Positions 14,044 to 27,898 of a stretch of DNA of 64,000 nucleotides are shown here, one piece after another. Every line of letters starts with the position of its first letter. Position 1 is the stretch's first letter. The stretch lies in the NCBI GenBank assembly GCA_023213395.1, contig CM041465.1, positions 78,685,741 to 78,749,740 of the forward strand, read 5' to 3'. The stretch comes from Cycas panzhihuaensis (lineage: Eukaryota > Plantae > Cycadophyta). The notes below the pieces were generated by a model. The model was not told where the DNA came from, ran no database searches, and was given only the letters and a program-made list of their open reading frames with translations. A program made the position numbers and the translations under genes.

Positions 14044-14351
14044 TGTACACCTAATTTAATGTGAAATAGGTGCACAGTAAGTGTTTCTCATAGGTGAATA
14101 CTCTTAATATGTGAGTCTCTTTAATATGTGTGATTAAAACTCATATATTTTCACATACTTATTACTAGAATAATGTTTACATAAGATAAATTTTGGTTTG
14201 GTGAGTTGTTAAGTCATCATTAGGATGATGACACGTGTTAGGCATTACAAAAAGTCCTTAATGGACTCGTGACACTTATTAGGTCAGTTACGAGTCATAT
14301 TTGGACCGTTACCAATTCCTTTTGTGCTTATCGATATATAGGGTTGTGCAT

Positions 14352-16634
14352 TGTATTAAATAGAACCATTCTTAATAGGACGAACATGCCCTGTATTTCT
14401 CCACAATATTTATTATAAAATAGAATAAAGAGCATAAATGGAGTAGAATAGCAAGATTGAGTTTACTATTATCGTAGTTGAAGGACTAATTACAGAAAGA
14501 TGAGCACCAAAGAAGTATTAGCATCAAAGTAGCACAACTATGTGCCAATCACAATATCTTAAGCATATGACAATAATTCCTCTAACATTTTAAGAGGCCT
14601 TATAAAGACAAAAGAGCCATCTTGCATGAATTCCATTAGTGGGAATAAGCAGCCCATGCACGTATGTTAAGAGCTAGCACTAACAGACAAGTCTCACGAT
14701 CACAAGAGCTAGCAGTTAAGGCCCACGGTTGAGGGTGGATATGTAATAGGTCCCCTCCCTTGAGATGTTGAGTTCTTCAAGCTAAGAAGATGTGGATGCT
14801 GATAGACAAACTCTATTGATTCCTATTTTGGTTTTTCTAATTTGTAGTTGATCCATTGTACGAGATACTCATAGATGATTATGTTGTGGAGGCAGGATTA
14901 ACAGCTAGCCAGGATACAATTAGGAAGATTAGTAAGGATTTGTTCTGTTTGGGGTGTGGTGGATTTACAAAGGTTCTTTTGAGGTAGGAAACATAGAAAA
15001 CATTGTGAATTTTGATGTTAGGGGGGAGTTCAAGGGCATAGACAACTTCCCCAATACGTTGGAGGATTTTCTATGGAGTATATTAGTGAGAACTTAGCTT
15101 GTGATTTTTGTTTTGATTTAGGTATTGTTGTTTATATGGTTGGAGGTGGAGAAAGACAAAGTTACCCACTGAAAATGAGCAATCAAAGCAGTAGTAGTTT
15201 GTTTCATGTGGTTTCACATGGAGAATAGGTTCTACTTAAAAGTGTGGAGAATTTGATCCATGTCTTGGAGTTTTTATTGGATGACGATTGTACATAGGTT
15301 GGTAGCAAGGGTATGGTGGAATAGCAGGGGATAACCATAAAGGGCCATGGATGGGGACGTACTAATAGTGGAGTGATAAGAAGATTTGTACCAATATTTA
15401 GCAAGGGCTAACCAAGATGTACATTTACTCTGGTATTTTGAGGTGAAACAGTGCAAGTAGGTTTCTAATGTTTTATTGAGGACCTTTGACAAACTATCAG
15501 TCTAGGGCAGTATTTTGATTTCATGTTGAAAGAGGTCCCTAAAGCGCAAAAGTGTTCATGCGAAAATTAACTTATAAATTTGGGATCTTCGTCATAAACT
15601 ATGTTGGAAGGAAATCCATGAAGACAAAATACTAATTGAATATATAGTTCAATGAGACATGGGGCCTTGTAGGAGGTATGGATTGGTAAGAAGTGGGTAT
15701 ACTTAATTAACCTATCAATGATAACTAAGATGGAGTCGAATCCAATAGATGATGGAAGGTCAGTGATAAAATCTATCGCATTGTCATACCATTTACCTTG
15801 GAGAAAATGTAAAGATTGGAGGAGTCTTGGTTGTGCAATTGTCATAGGTTTGTTATGTTAGCACGTGTCACATTTTGAGAGAAAGGTGAGGATATCAAAT
15901 TTTATGTGTGGCTAGCAGAAGCCAATGTGGATGTGGCAATAGATTTTTGTCGAATCCAGAGTGGCCTCCTATAGGGTGGAATGGTATTTAGAGAGGATGT
16001 GGGGAATGAAAGAGGATGTGGGATGGATGAATATGTGATTCTTATGGAGAAGATGATCATTATGTAAGGACCAACCCTTTTGAGTGTGGACCTTTGCAAT
16101 CTATTGGGAGGAATCATGATGGGATTGGGTGGTAGTGACCAACTCGACTAACCAAGTGGACTAAGGTTGAGAGATAGCGTAAAGGGTGGGTTTAGAGAGA
16201 AGATAAGAGAGAGCATCAATAACAACATTGTTCTTGCCCTTCTTACAGGTTATGGTGAAGTCAAACACTTAGAGTTCATCAACCCACTTATCTTGTTCTT
16301 CTGATAGCACTATTTGGTCGAGGAGGAGGTAGAGACTGTGATGGTTAGTTAGAATGGCGAGTTTGAATCCAAGGAGGTATTGGCACCATTTATCCAAGGT
16401 ATGCAAACTAGATTTCATCTCTTTTTATTAGGGGGGAGCCAACACTCATGTTCTTTAAACTTATGGCTCTCAAATGCAATAGGATGAAAATTTTACATGA
16501 GTGTTGCACCCAAGCCAAAACCAAAACCATCTCACTCAAGTTGAAATGGTTGAGAAAATTTTGATGTGGCCAGGACAAGGGTGGAGGACATAATTGATTT
16601 GAGATGGCTAAAGGCTTCGCTTGCAATATGGAAC
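14352..16634 (-). mobile_element. Chromovirus-type Ty3/Gypsy B, 3' part (RT end, RNase H, integrase, chromodomain, PPT, 3' LTR ~14352-14748)
   Basis: EAFSHLKSIMSSTLVLA; IDFITDLPSSIGFDSILVIIDRLIKYTHF; KILQRIGEVVYALELPPNIKIHNVFYVSYLK; chromodomain EYLVQW; PPT AAGGGAGGGGA at ~14751-14761. Left LTR edge tentative. Confidence 0.88.
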
Positions 16635-19600
16635 TGTTACTGTAGCCAAGTTGCGTCCTCAAGACTTCAAAGGAGAGGAGGGATCTACTTGAAAGAAGTG
16701 AAGAAGAAACAACTCGACTAGCACCCCTCAACTCCCTCTTGAATAGCAGGGAGGTGGCCTCCCACATGTGATTGAAAAAGGGAAATCTAGATAAACATTA
16801 GCTAATAAATGAACAAAGAGCAACAACTAAAAAAACTAAAGAGCAAACAATCCCTAACTACTTCTCTCTAGGGAGACAAACAACTAAGAAGAGATCCCAA
16901 GAAATGGGAGATCCACTGGGGCTCTTGCCCCAAATGAAGACATCCTTGGGCTTCTTAGACTCTATCCACCCCAACCCCCTATAAAAAGGATCTAATCTAT
17001 CCCTCTACCCAGAACAAAGGTAAAAAAACTATGTTGTACTATCTATAAAATAGGAAGACTAATGGAAGGAGATAGAACCATAAGATAGATCTGCTCATGG
17101 ATAAGTCAATGCATACTCGTGCTTGCCAATAACAATCCACCCCCATGGTTGTGGAAGGTTTGGGGTAGCCCACATTTGTCTCTAGCTAGCTTCGTCAACC
17201 CCTAAAGGTGAAAGAGATAAGAAGACACCACTTCCAACCCAAAACATGACAGTAGACTCTCTCAACCACAAATGATCAAAATAGCTACCTACCACCTTTG
17301 GCATTCAAAACACTGTGGGAGAAATTAATCTCAAAAGAGGGTGTGTTTGTATGTTGGGGACATCACTTTTGGGTCAATAAAGAACCCTTCACAATAAGAC
17401 GTATTTGTCTCCAAAAGAAGGCTGAGTTTCTATGTCGAGGGTCTCAATTTTTGGTCGGTCAAAAACTCCCTCACTTAGTGAAATAGGACGTATCCTAGAG
17501 GACAGGCAAACAACAAACTTCTAAATGCAAGCTAGATATGCACTTTAAGATTGCATGCAACTAGCACAGCAACTATACTATGCAGACATGCCAAGCAAGG
17601 GATGCACACTAGCCCAATACATTTAAATGCACACCATATGTCTATATCCTTTTTCCCTTTTGTTGTTCTTTTTGTTAAATTAAATGCACATAACATCTAC
17701 CCTAATGTACACACACAAAAAAGTAAAGGTGAGTTCTTTCATTGCACTTACTCTTATCCTAGTTGCAAAATATATATGAGTTCCTTAGCTTGCTTTTCAT
17801 TTATGCTATCCAATTAGGAAATAAATACAACTAGATGCTCTCTTGTCTTGTTCTTTTTGTTTCAACTCAAAAAAAAATGAATGCATGCAAGTAGGATACT
17901 TTCTTTCTTTTAATGAGAACGCATACAAGCATCAAACCAACAAAGAAAGCAAGTGTCAAGTATCTCTTGTGCAAGAGTGTTATGCAATTCTTTACTTCCT
18001 ACCTTTCTTATGTCTCAATCACGCAAATAAGCAAAGATTACGATGATATCATAAAGTTTAATAGAGGAGAAAGCAAGGAAATATGCATCTCTTATCTCAA
18101 TTAACGGTCATGTATGCCTCATCTAAACTTTATATGCTCCGTTTTTCATATTCAAGTTAGCATCAACAAGATATAATCTTTCAATTTCTATGATAAAATT
18201 AAAATCTCAAATGATAACAAATGTAATGATCTTTCCTACCAAAATTCTGATAGCGTTTTGGTTGCACTTGGAAAATTTTGGTGAAGAAAGAATTAAGAGA
18301 AGGCTCAAAATTCTATTGACAAGGATTAGAGACTCTTCTTAAGACTCCTTAACGAAGCAACTTATCTCCCTAAGGAACATTCAACAACATTCTATCTATT
18401 TCTTCTAAATTTTTCTAAGGTTATAAGTATGAACATTGGTTGAGGAGAAAGAAATCTAAGAAAATAGTAAAGACCTAAGCTAAGAAGCAACTTAAATCAA
18501 GAAAAAAAAAACAATCAACTTAAGATTTATCAAATTGCATTTGAGTAATTCAGATCTAAAATTTACCAATGTAGTTCAAACAAATCACGCATATGAAATT
18601 AACAAAAACTATAATTTCTTACCAACGTATCATGAAACTGGTTGTATAAAGGAGGAGGGTGCTTTAGATTTGTGTTATATACCCTCCAAGTTGCTCCAAA
18701 ATCATGCTCCAACAAGCCATGAAGGTATGAATGTCAAGTTGTGAGGAAGAGATGGAAAGATTCAACCCAAAAAGAGAAGTGAAAGAAGAGGAAGGTTATG
18801 GCAAATGTAAGAGGGGGGTATGGATTTAGGAGGGAACACATTGAAATCTCCAAATCCCTCTTGAAAATACTCTAAATTATCCTCCAAATGGTCTCAAATG
18901 GTATCAAAAAGTTCTCAAAATAGTCAATCAAAAATTTAGTAGCACTTTGTTATGCACTTCTTCCTCTCCTTTTTCACAAAATAGAGGCCCTATTTATAGA
19001 AAAATGTGAGGCACAGGACTGGGATAAAACCATGGTAAAATGGCCCACAATTATGCAAAATAATCGCAACAAAAAAGTAAGAAAAATCCAAAATCTAGGC
19101 TCCGTTCTTATTGTTTTGCACCCATTACAATGAAAATGTGACAATGAATGAAAAATGTGATTTCAACAACACTAAAAATGCAACAATCTATATAAGATCG
19201 CATTTTTAATGGTTGCACAAAATCATGAAAAATGCAATAAGTCAAAGAAAAATGCAACAAATCATTAGAAAACGCAATTTGATAGATTTCGTTTGTTACG
19301 ATAATTATGAAAAATGAGACAAATTCTTAAAACATGTGATAAATTTCTCAAAAACGTTATAAATTCTACAAAAAAAGGGATAAAATTTTGAAAAACATGA
19401 TAAATTCTACAAAAACGCGATAAATTTTGAGAAAAATATGACAAATTTTCCTAAAAATGTGACAAATTTTGCAAAAAACTATCCTCACAGAAACCTTTAT
19501 AATTTTCGCATACGATGCCAAAATGCAGTGATGTTAGTTGTGTTAGAAAGCTAATTCATGAGGCTTCACAATGGTGGAAACAAATCACACTTTAAAGATA

Positions 19601-20112
19601 TAATAAAAATTGGGAATAAAAAGAAATTAATACAATCAAAATGAGGCAGTCATGAAGCAGAGATTTGCTTTTCACTAGCACATGTTTCATAGAAATCTTC
19701 AAAACTTTCTCATACATCATCAGAATTTAGAGTTGTTTGTTGCGTTGGAAAGCTAATTCATATGGATTCGTAATAGTGGTAATAAATTTCACTTTAAAGT
19801 CATAATAGAATTTGGGTATGGAAAGGAATTTGAGACAATCGTAAAGAAACAAACCCAGTCATCTACACTATGAAATCGCGCAATCTTGGAGAAATCTCTT
19901 GGAGCGAACTTGGAGGTATTTTATAAGTTCACACATAATGATTTATTATCATAGGCAATAAAATGGGACCATACTCACACACAAAAAACATCCAACAGAG
20001 CAACACCACCATCATGCAAACAATAAAAATCACACCATCATCAATGAACACCAAAGAGTAGGGTAAAGAATCAAACTTGGCGACATCAAAAGGGATAGAG
20101 CATCATGAAACA
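16635..20112 (-). repeat. 3' LTR of Gypsy C (~3.5 kb)
   Basis: TGTTACTGTAGCC...CATGAAACA; collinear with 37774-40052; PPT immediately to the right (20113-20123). Confidence 0.88.
19300..19480. repeat. ~20-21-bp degenerate tandem array inside the C LTR (AAAA-YGYGAYAAATTYT); also at 39300-39430
   Basis: About 8 consecutive units such as AAAAACGCGATAAATTTTG. Confidence 0.8.
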
Positions 20113-20449
20113 TTTGCCCTCTTGACAATAGAAGCTCTATGAACAAGTTGAAGCAAGATGGTGAACATCACCAACCCTGCCCATGGAAGTATCTATCCTA
20201 GAACTTAGGCTACCTACACTACTTTCTGGATTGATATGAAGATGGTGAGTTTGAACTATTGGTGATGAGTATCGATGAGCCTATGGGAAGATCTTTGATG
20301 TGGCAAAAAGGACTTGAGAAGACTAAACTAACTTAAAAGAACTAAGTTATGTGGTTTTTTATTTTTATTTTTTATACTTTTTATGTATTTTGGAATTTTA
20401 AAAGGTCTAAGCTACAAAATGTAAACCAAATAAGTATGTACATGTTGTA

Positions 20450-20575
20450 GTGTACCCACCATAATTTTATCTCATTAGTGGGTGGTTTTTGAAGGTAGTA
20501 CACACCATAGTTTTACCTCATTAGTGGTTAATTTTTGGAGGGGTGGCCACCATAGTTTATCCTCTTTAGTAGCTA
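20450..20575. repeat. Three ~45-50-bp tandem units in the 3' UTR of C
   Basis: CACCATA(A/G)TTTTA(T/C)CTCATTAGTGG-like core three times. Confidence 0.75.
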
Positions 20576-20919
20576 TCATAAACTCTTAAAAGATAAGAAG
20601 TACAGGGTATTGGAACAATTTTTGCGGATATATCTAAATGTTTTTGGGTTTTGATCATTTCTCTTTTTTTTTTTTAGGATATGATATGTACATTCATTTT
20701 ATACTCGTGATAGAGTGTTTAGCTAGTCTATACTCACCGCGGAGTGTGTGATGGGAACTACCATAGTTTAGTCTATGTAGTAGATAAGTTTTCAAAGTTT
20801 TAGTGTATTCTGATTGTAGAGATAATGATGCCCCCAAGCATGAGTCCTTAAGGAAAAGCAGGTAGATTATACTCATTGTAAACTATGAGATGCCCCCAGC
20901 TTAAGATGACAAGACTAAA

Positions 20920-21317
20920 AGCGATGGTGCTCAAGGATGTGGGTCACAATTGAGTCAGCTTCATCATTTCGACTATGCGGGACATACTAAATGGTGGTGG
21001 AACAGAATTGAGATAGTAAGGATTTGGTCATGACTAATAAAGTGAGTAAGTGCTCAGAGCGAGTTTGATAAACATGAGTCAGCTGGTATATAACAATCTA
21101 TGAGTTAGAAAATAAGTTGATTAGATTGACATGGAACTGCAAGACTACTAAGAGCATCCATGATAATTGTATATTCAACAACATTATTTGTTCCTTCAAG
21201 AATGTAAACTCAAGTGTTGGTTCGAACATTGCCCATCTTATCATGAATAATCTATGCAGTAGTAGATGGCCCTAGGTTTCCCCTGCTTTGCCCATCAGTG
21301 TGAATGTTCAATGCCAT
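20920..21317 (-). pseudogene. Additional archaeal-type RNase H (aRH) domain downstream of integrase in C
   Basis: Manual translation: LNIHTDGQSRGNLGPSTTA*IIHD..GTNNVVEYTIIMDAL /frameshift/ FSNS*IVIYQL..KSLLSQF..I*YVPHSRNDEADSIV; matches the aRH motif series DG.SRGNPG, TNN.AEY, DS.LV, VPR..N..AD. Confidence 0.88.
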
Positions 21318-23259
21318 GAGAATAGGGTATAATGACTCAGAGACAATCTCATGAATGTAAGGATGGTGCGAGAATCAACTAATAAGGATGTAATTCAAAT
21401 TGATTTGCTTGGATTTGACTATAAAATCTTTAAGGAAGTGAGCTCCATGGTTTGGTTTCCTCACTACTGTAACACCTTCTAAAACCATCCTATATAAACC
21501 TCCCTCGTGTCAAACAAGTTTCAATCACAATTGAGACCATGGTGGACCCAAGCAACTGGATCTAAAGGTCCTAAAAAATGCATATGACCAAACTCAAACT
21601 ACATATCTACAGGTAGAGATGAAGTTAACACATGACTTGCCCCAAATACCAAGAAGGTGCAAAAAATGCATATAGACATATATACAAGTTTTTTTTTTTT
21701 TTTTTTGGGGAGGGTATCACTCCATACAACAATTCAAACAAGGGTCATAGTGAACCAAGCATCGCTAAACCCACTTTTTGGATGATGCATCTCATCCAAT
21801 CTCATGTTTGCCATAATGGGCAAATTGATTATAGCTGAGGGCGGTAAGAATAACTGGCTTCGAAAGGTGTGATGGTGATTGGCCTACTCATGGATCATAA
21901 GGCCTTAAAGACAACAATAAGAGTGCTTTATAAAGAAACGTGGGCAGTGAAAACCCTGAAACCAAGATCTTGAGAGACGAACCACGGGTAATGGAAAGGA
22001 TGTTCAATTAGGGTGTCTCTGAGTATCTAGAGAATGGCATGTGTTGAATAACAAACCTTAGGAGAAGAACTAGAATAGGTCAAGGAGATTTACTACAATG
22101 TGGATTGTGCAAGATATCAATGGGTAGTGCAAATAGAGTGCTGACAAGGTGAATCAAAGATCTCAAGTAAACTTTATATTGAATGCAGGAAAAGGAGGAC
22201 TAAAGATTGCTTGAATGCAAGTAGAATCAATTTGAGAGAAGAAAAGACATTGGAAAGTCTTGAATACAAATGCACTAAGAAGAGAATTTGTCTCAAAGTA
22301 GGTAAAGATAGCTAAGAAGAGAGAGTGCATGATCATGAGAATGCTAGCAAGCAAGGATGCTAGTTTTCTTAAAATAGAACTCAACTAACTAATAAAAAAT
22401 GTTGTGTAGATAAAGAAGGCGACTAACTAGACTCACAACTAAGCACCATCTCACCAAACTAAGCTAGGGATAAAGAGGCTCTAGAGGGACTAGAACCAAG
22501 GGAAGGACATAAAAGAAAGGCACATACACATTTTTGTTCTTTTGTGAATTTATAATTGTTTTTGAATTTTGATAGAATAATATGTACATGTACTTGAAAC
22601 TCAATTTCAGAGTAATAGAACTTCAAAGAGGTGAATATAAGTGAGTAGGAGACAGAGGCAAGATCTCCAAGATCAAGAAAAAATAACTAGGAAGAATTAC
22701 ATGTTCCATTTGAGTTAGTTGGTTTATCTAGTAACCAAAGCCACCGAATAAAATAACCAACATTAAACTTGTAGGAATGGAGATCTGAATCATGCCAACA
22801 ACTCGAATGGGGAGTTAAATGTAATTTAGAAGACATGCCCAAAAAGAGTCATAAGAATACCTATCAATATCAAGTAACCCTATTTAACCAATGCTCACAT
22901 GACACTTCTCAAAAGGGGACTCGACACCCATTAAATATATCCAAGAATCCATTCAATAAGCATTAAATCTCCTGGGTATGTTGGATACTCCCTTGGCTGC
23001 TTCCCAATGTAGGAGGCTTTTAGGAACTTGCACCATGCCAAGGCCCTCCTCAACCTAAGATTCTCACATGGGTCTATCCTTCTAGGTACCTTCTTCCATT
23101 CCCAAGTCTGTTGCACTCAAGTGCATATCATTCCTAATCTCGCTTTCAAAGATTTTAGCAATATTATACCTACAGGATGACGACCATATGCCCCCAAGCA
23201 TTGAGCATGAGAAGAATTTAGTTTAAGCTCATTACAGAGCATATGTTGTTTACCCTCAT

Positions 23260-26200
23260 TTCGGGACAAGACCACTTAACCTTTCTAGGCATAGTACTTT
23301 TGCAAGTATTGCGAGTTAATAGTCTTCTAAAATTTAAGACCTTTGAGAGTGGCCAAGCGATAGGTTCCATTGTCCAGATCTTCAATAACCAAGAAGGGAT
23401 TGACCCACTTGGGAGCAAACTTTCTCTATTTATCATGTAGGTATTCCAATTTGAGAACTTTTCCATCGATTGAGAAATTTCTAGGCCTAAGGTGTTTGTC
23501 ATGTGCTGCCTAGGCGCTGGTCATGGAAACTAAATTCTTTTGATAGGCCTCTAGATGAGTTTCATCCAGTTTTTCAAGCTTAAAAGGTCTAGCCTACCTC
23601 AACCATTCCTCATTTGTAAATTCTTTGAGTGACACTGAGAGAGAGATGGTCTCTACCTCCAAGGGAAGAAAAGCTTTGGCGCCATAGACTAAAGAGAAAG
23701 GTGTCATCCCTATCATATTTCGTATGGAAGTATAATAAGCCCACAAGGTAGGAAACAATTGAATGTGCCAATCCCAATGAGAAGTGGCCATTGTTTTGGC
23801 CAAAATCTTAATCAACATTTTGGTGAAGGCTTCAATTTGGCCATTTGCTTGAGGATAATAAGGAGATGACGTTTGATGCATGATCTGAAACTTTTTATAT
23901 AATTCATTGATATCGGCATTACAAAAGGGGGTTCCATTATCAATGATAATAACATCAGGGATCCCAAATCGACAAATGATATGCTAGAATATGAAGGTGC
24001 CAATCACTTTTTTTATTTTAGTAATCAACGAAATAGCCTCACTCCATTTTCTAGAATATTCTATGGCAATTAAGATAAATTTTTGACCGCCTGACAACAA
24101 AGTGTAAATTTTCCCAATGAAGTCAAGACCCCATTGGGAGAATGGCCAAGGAGAGATAACCGCTTTAAGTGACCTGGACGGTTAGTGAATTGTGGAGGAG
24201 TGTGCTTGACACTTTTCTCATTTCTGTACATAAACATGTGCATCCTTAAAAAGGGTAGGCCAGTAATACCCCATCTTAAGGATGCGTTGGGTAGTGGATT
24301 GGCCACTAAAGTGACCCCTGCATATGCCATCATGGCATTCCATCAAAGTAGCTCGTGCTTCCAAAGTGAGTACTTATAAAGAGTGCTTATAAAGAACCTC
24401 ATCTAAAAGTGAGTACTCACGCATAGCTTCTTGCACTCTTCCTTTTTTTGAAGAGGCATCTAGAGGATAAGTTTGATCTTGTAAGTAGGTTTTGATATCC
24501 TTATGCCAATCAATTTCATTTAAGACAACGTCAACTTGGAAAATGTGCTCATCAGGGAGCGAGTCATCAATGATGTCATTATGTGCACTAGGAAGAGGTG
24601 TTGTGGCCAATTGATAATCAATAACCATTCCTTTCTTCAACTTGCAATTGACCATTCACAAGTCAAACTCTTAAAGCAACAAAGCCCATTTATCTCCTAG
24701 CCCACTAATATTAGTCTTAGTGAAAAGGAGGAAAATCAAATTTGATTGTGCAATGATGTAGGTGGTATTGCCAAGTAAATAATGATGTAATTTCTTAGTT
24801 GTGAAGACTAGGACCAAGCACTCCTTTCTAGATGATGAGTAATTTGCCTCCACAACAACCAAAGTGCAACTAATAAAATATATGGCTAACTCGTCCCCAA
24901 ACTCATCTTCATAGGCAAGCATGCCCCCAAGGGATTCTTTAATAGAAGAGGTATATAAAATGAAGAGTTTATGAGATATTGGCGAAGTGAGGGTAGAAGC
25001 AAAAACCAATGCTTGTTTAAATTTTAAAAATGAATTTTGGGCAATTGGGGTCCATTCGAGAGAGGCTCCTTTCTTAAGGAGGAGGTTCATAAGGGGCTTT
25101 GCATTTAAAGCAAAATTGGTGATTAATCATCAAAGAAACCCTAGTCTTCCAAGAAATGATTTGATTTACTTCTGGTTATGAGGTTGGCACATTTCAACTA
25201 TGGCTTTTACCTTGTCAAGGTCTACCTTGATACCATCCCTTGAAATAATGATTCCAAGTATCTTGCTTGAGATAACAACAAATACACATTTATTGGGAAC
25301 AAGGTATAATTGATACTTATGACATCTTTTGAAAATAGTAGTTAGATCACGTCTATGTTTTTTCCTATATTGTGACAACTCCAACATATCATCTAGGTAG
25401 ACCACGATTGTGATGCCAATCAAGTCATGAAAGATAGATACCATGGCTCGTTGGTAAGTAGCCCTCGCATTCTTCAGGCCAAAAGGCATGATCTTATAAG
25501 CAAATGTCCCCCATGGCATAGAGAATGTGGTTTTATGATGGTCTTCTAACGAGAGACAAATCTAATTGTACCTACAAAATCCATCCATGAAGGACATTAC
25601 TTCAAAGTTGGCACTTTGATCCCATATTTGGTCAATGAATGGTAGCGGAAATTGTCTTCAAGACAAGCATCGTTAATGTTGCAAAAGGTCAATGCATATA
25701 CAAATGGAGCCATTCCTTTTAGTGACAAGCATGATGTTTGACATCCATTGAGAGAAATCCACTGTCTCAATAAATCCAACTTTTAAAAGTTTCTCAATCT
25801 CCTACTTAATCACCGTAGATAAGCGAGGATGAATGAACCTTTACCTCTAGTGCTTAGGCTTAGCCCTAAGAGCGGTGGTAATATTGTGCACTACAACGTT
25901 AGGATGAAGACCCTTCGTATCATTGTAGTCCCAAATGAAGATGGAAGAGAAATCTCAAAAGAGTTCTTTAAGTTCCTTAATTTTAGAAGGGGAGCACTCA
26001 ACTCCTGTTTTGATCACCCTAGGTTTGTCATCATTTTCAAGGTCAACATCATTGGTGTCTCCTATGAACATGGCATTTCCCTCCTTGAAGTGAGGAAAAG
26101 CAAGCTCTAAAGGAGGTGAAGGAATATGAGTGTCTTGACCCAAATCAGCTAGGAGTGAATCAAGTTGGATATGCTTGGCAAAGTCAAGCCTATGATGATT

Positions 26201-26400
26201 GGGTGAGAGATCAGGAGAAATTCCTGCTAAATGTTACAGGATAGCTTCATCATTTTCAAAGCGATCAAGAGGAAAAATGGCCCTTGGAATTAAATCTTCC
26301 TAGGAAGGAGGATCTTGAGGAGGTAAATCAAGCATGCACAACTCCTATGATAAGACACTAGAAGCATAGGGAAGAACATCAACAAGAGTGGTTGCCTCTA
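23260..26400 (-). pseudogene. Gypsy C pol (RT - RNase H - integrase), disrupted
   Basis: MPFGLKNARATYQRAM, VYLDDML; EANYSSSRKECLVLVF; SSPYYPQANGQIEA, TPFSLVYGAKA. No aRH between RH and INT. Confidence 0.93.
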
Positions 26401-27085
26401 CTGAAGAACCCATTTGAGGGGGGAAGTCCTAGTCAAGCTAGGTGAGTAGAACAAACTGTGAATTATAAGCAAGTTGAGGTGTAGGTTCAAAAGAGAGATT
26501 AATAAGGGGGAAAACATTTTCCTCATCTTTAGAGGGTAAGCTTGCAACGAGATGGCTAGAAGGAGGCTTTTAGCATTCCCACTACTAGAAACCAACCCAA
26601 AGCGTAGTCTAGCTAACTTCTAGTATTTATCAAAGCAGTCTGTCTGACTTCTAGTATTTATCCTAGTCGACCTCATTACTCAGTTCATTATGGCCCACTT
26701 CAACAATATATTCTAGCTGACTTCTCAAGCTTCATCATGGCCACCTATTTATAAGGCTTTATGACCTAGGTTCTGGGAATCATTTTGGAGTTTTGGACCT
26801 CCTATAATCTTGACCTTAAGGGTAGCATTGGGAGGATACCTCACCTCAAAGGAGGAGCTAACAGTTAACCTTTTAGATCTATATTAAGCAATAGCTCTAG
26901 TTTACATATTATTGGTGTTATTTTACTTGAAATATTCAATCTATTTTGTTCCTACAACATGTGGATACTGTATCATTTACTTCATTATTCACTTAACTAT
27001 TTAAACCCCTAGAAGATAGATTTGTGTGTAAAGATTCTTTGTGTTTGAGGCATGAATTCCTATAGGAATTCCCACAAGGATCACC

Positions 27086-27893
27086 TTATGGAAAAGCCAT
27101 AGTGATCATATTAACCTCTTTTGGATCATCCTCAACTTTCACTAAGAGAGGTTCTATTGGGAAATATCGTCTAAATTCCCATGAATCAAAAGGAGAAGAA
27201 GAAGATTGGATTTCCTCAAAGATTGTATCAACCAACGAGATGGAGTGTTTAATAGGTTTGATCTTGTAGTTAATGACCTTGACCTCACCTTCATGAATGA
27301 ATTTGAGCTCTTTGAAAAGCAAAGAGCAAACTACTAACAATTGAATAATTCAAGGCCAACCTAGTAATATATTGTACTCTAGGTCAAGATCAAGGATGGC
27401 CACCTCAACCATGATTATTTTTCTAGTAGTGGGATGGGAACGGTAACCAGACCCATAGGAGTCATTTGATTTTTGTCATAGCCTTGACATACCCAATCTA
27501 TGAGCTCAAATGATGATACATGTAAATCCTTTAGGAGTCTGATAGGAATGATGTTAACTGGGGACCCTTCATCAAGTATACATCTCTTAATGTTAATGTC
27601 CTCTTTAAGGATCTTAGTACAGAAAGGAGTTGTATCGTTGTGATTCTTCTTCTCCTCACTAGCTATTGTGAGGGTATCGAATAATAAAGTGGGTTTGCTA
27701 GGTATAAAAGGTTTAGGCACCCCTAGAGTATCAAAAAGGAATTGACTCTAATCAAGGCAAATCTTGAGAAGATCTATGATCGATATCCCTACTGGGACAA
27801 TATTTAACTCTTCTACAAGTGAGAAGGTACCCTCAGTGTATTATGGAATAGGCCTAAAATGAATAAACCTGACTGGTATTTGAGTAGGAGAAT
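27086..27893 (-). pseudogene. Gypsy C gag end and aspartic protease
   Basis: RCILDEGSPVNIIP protease motif; YNILLGWP-like motif at ~27350-27375. Confidence 0.8.
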
Positions 27894-27898
27894 CTAAA

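Noticed and set aside
6711-14351. Older plus-strand LTR (6720-6810 plus 14049-14351) hosting A and B
   Set aside because: PPT-like and TATA-like hints only; no partner LTR or clear end, so not listed as a feature.
17298-18744. Several small ORFs in the C LTR
   Set aside because: No recognisable domains; not preserved as frames in the partner LTR.
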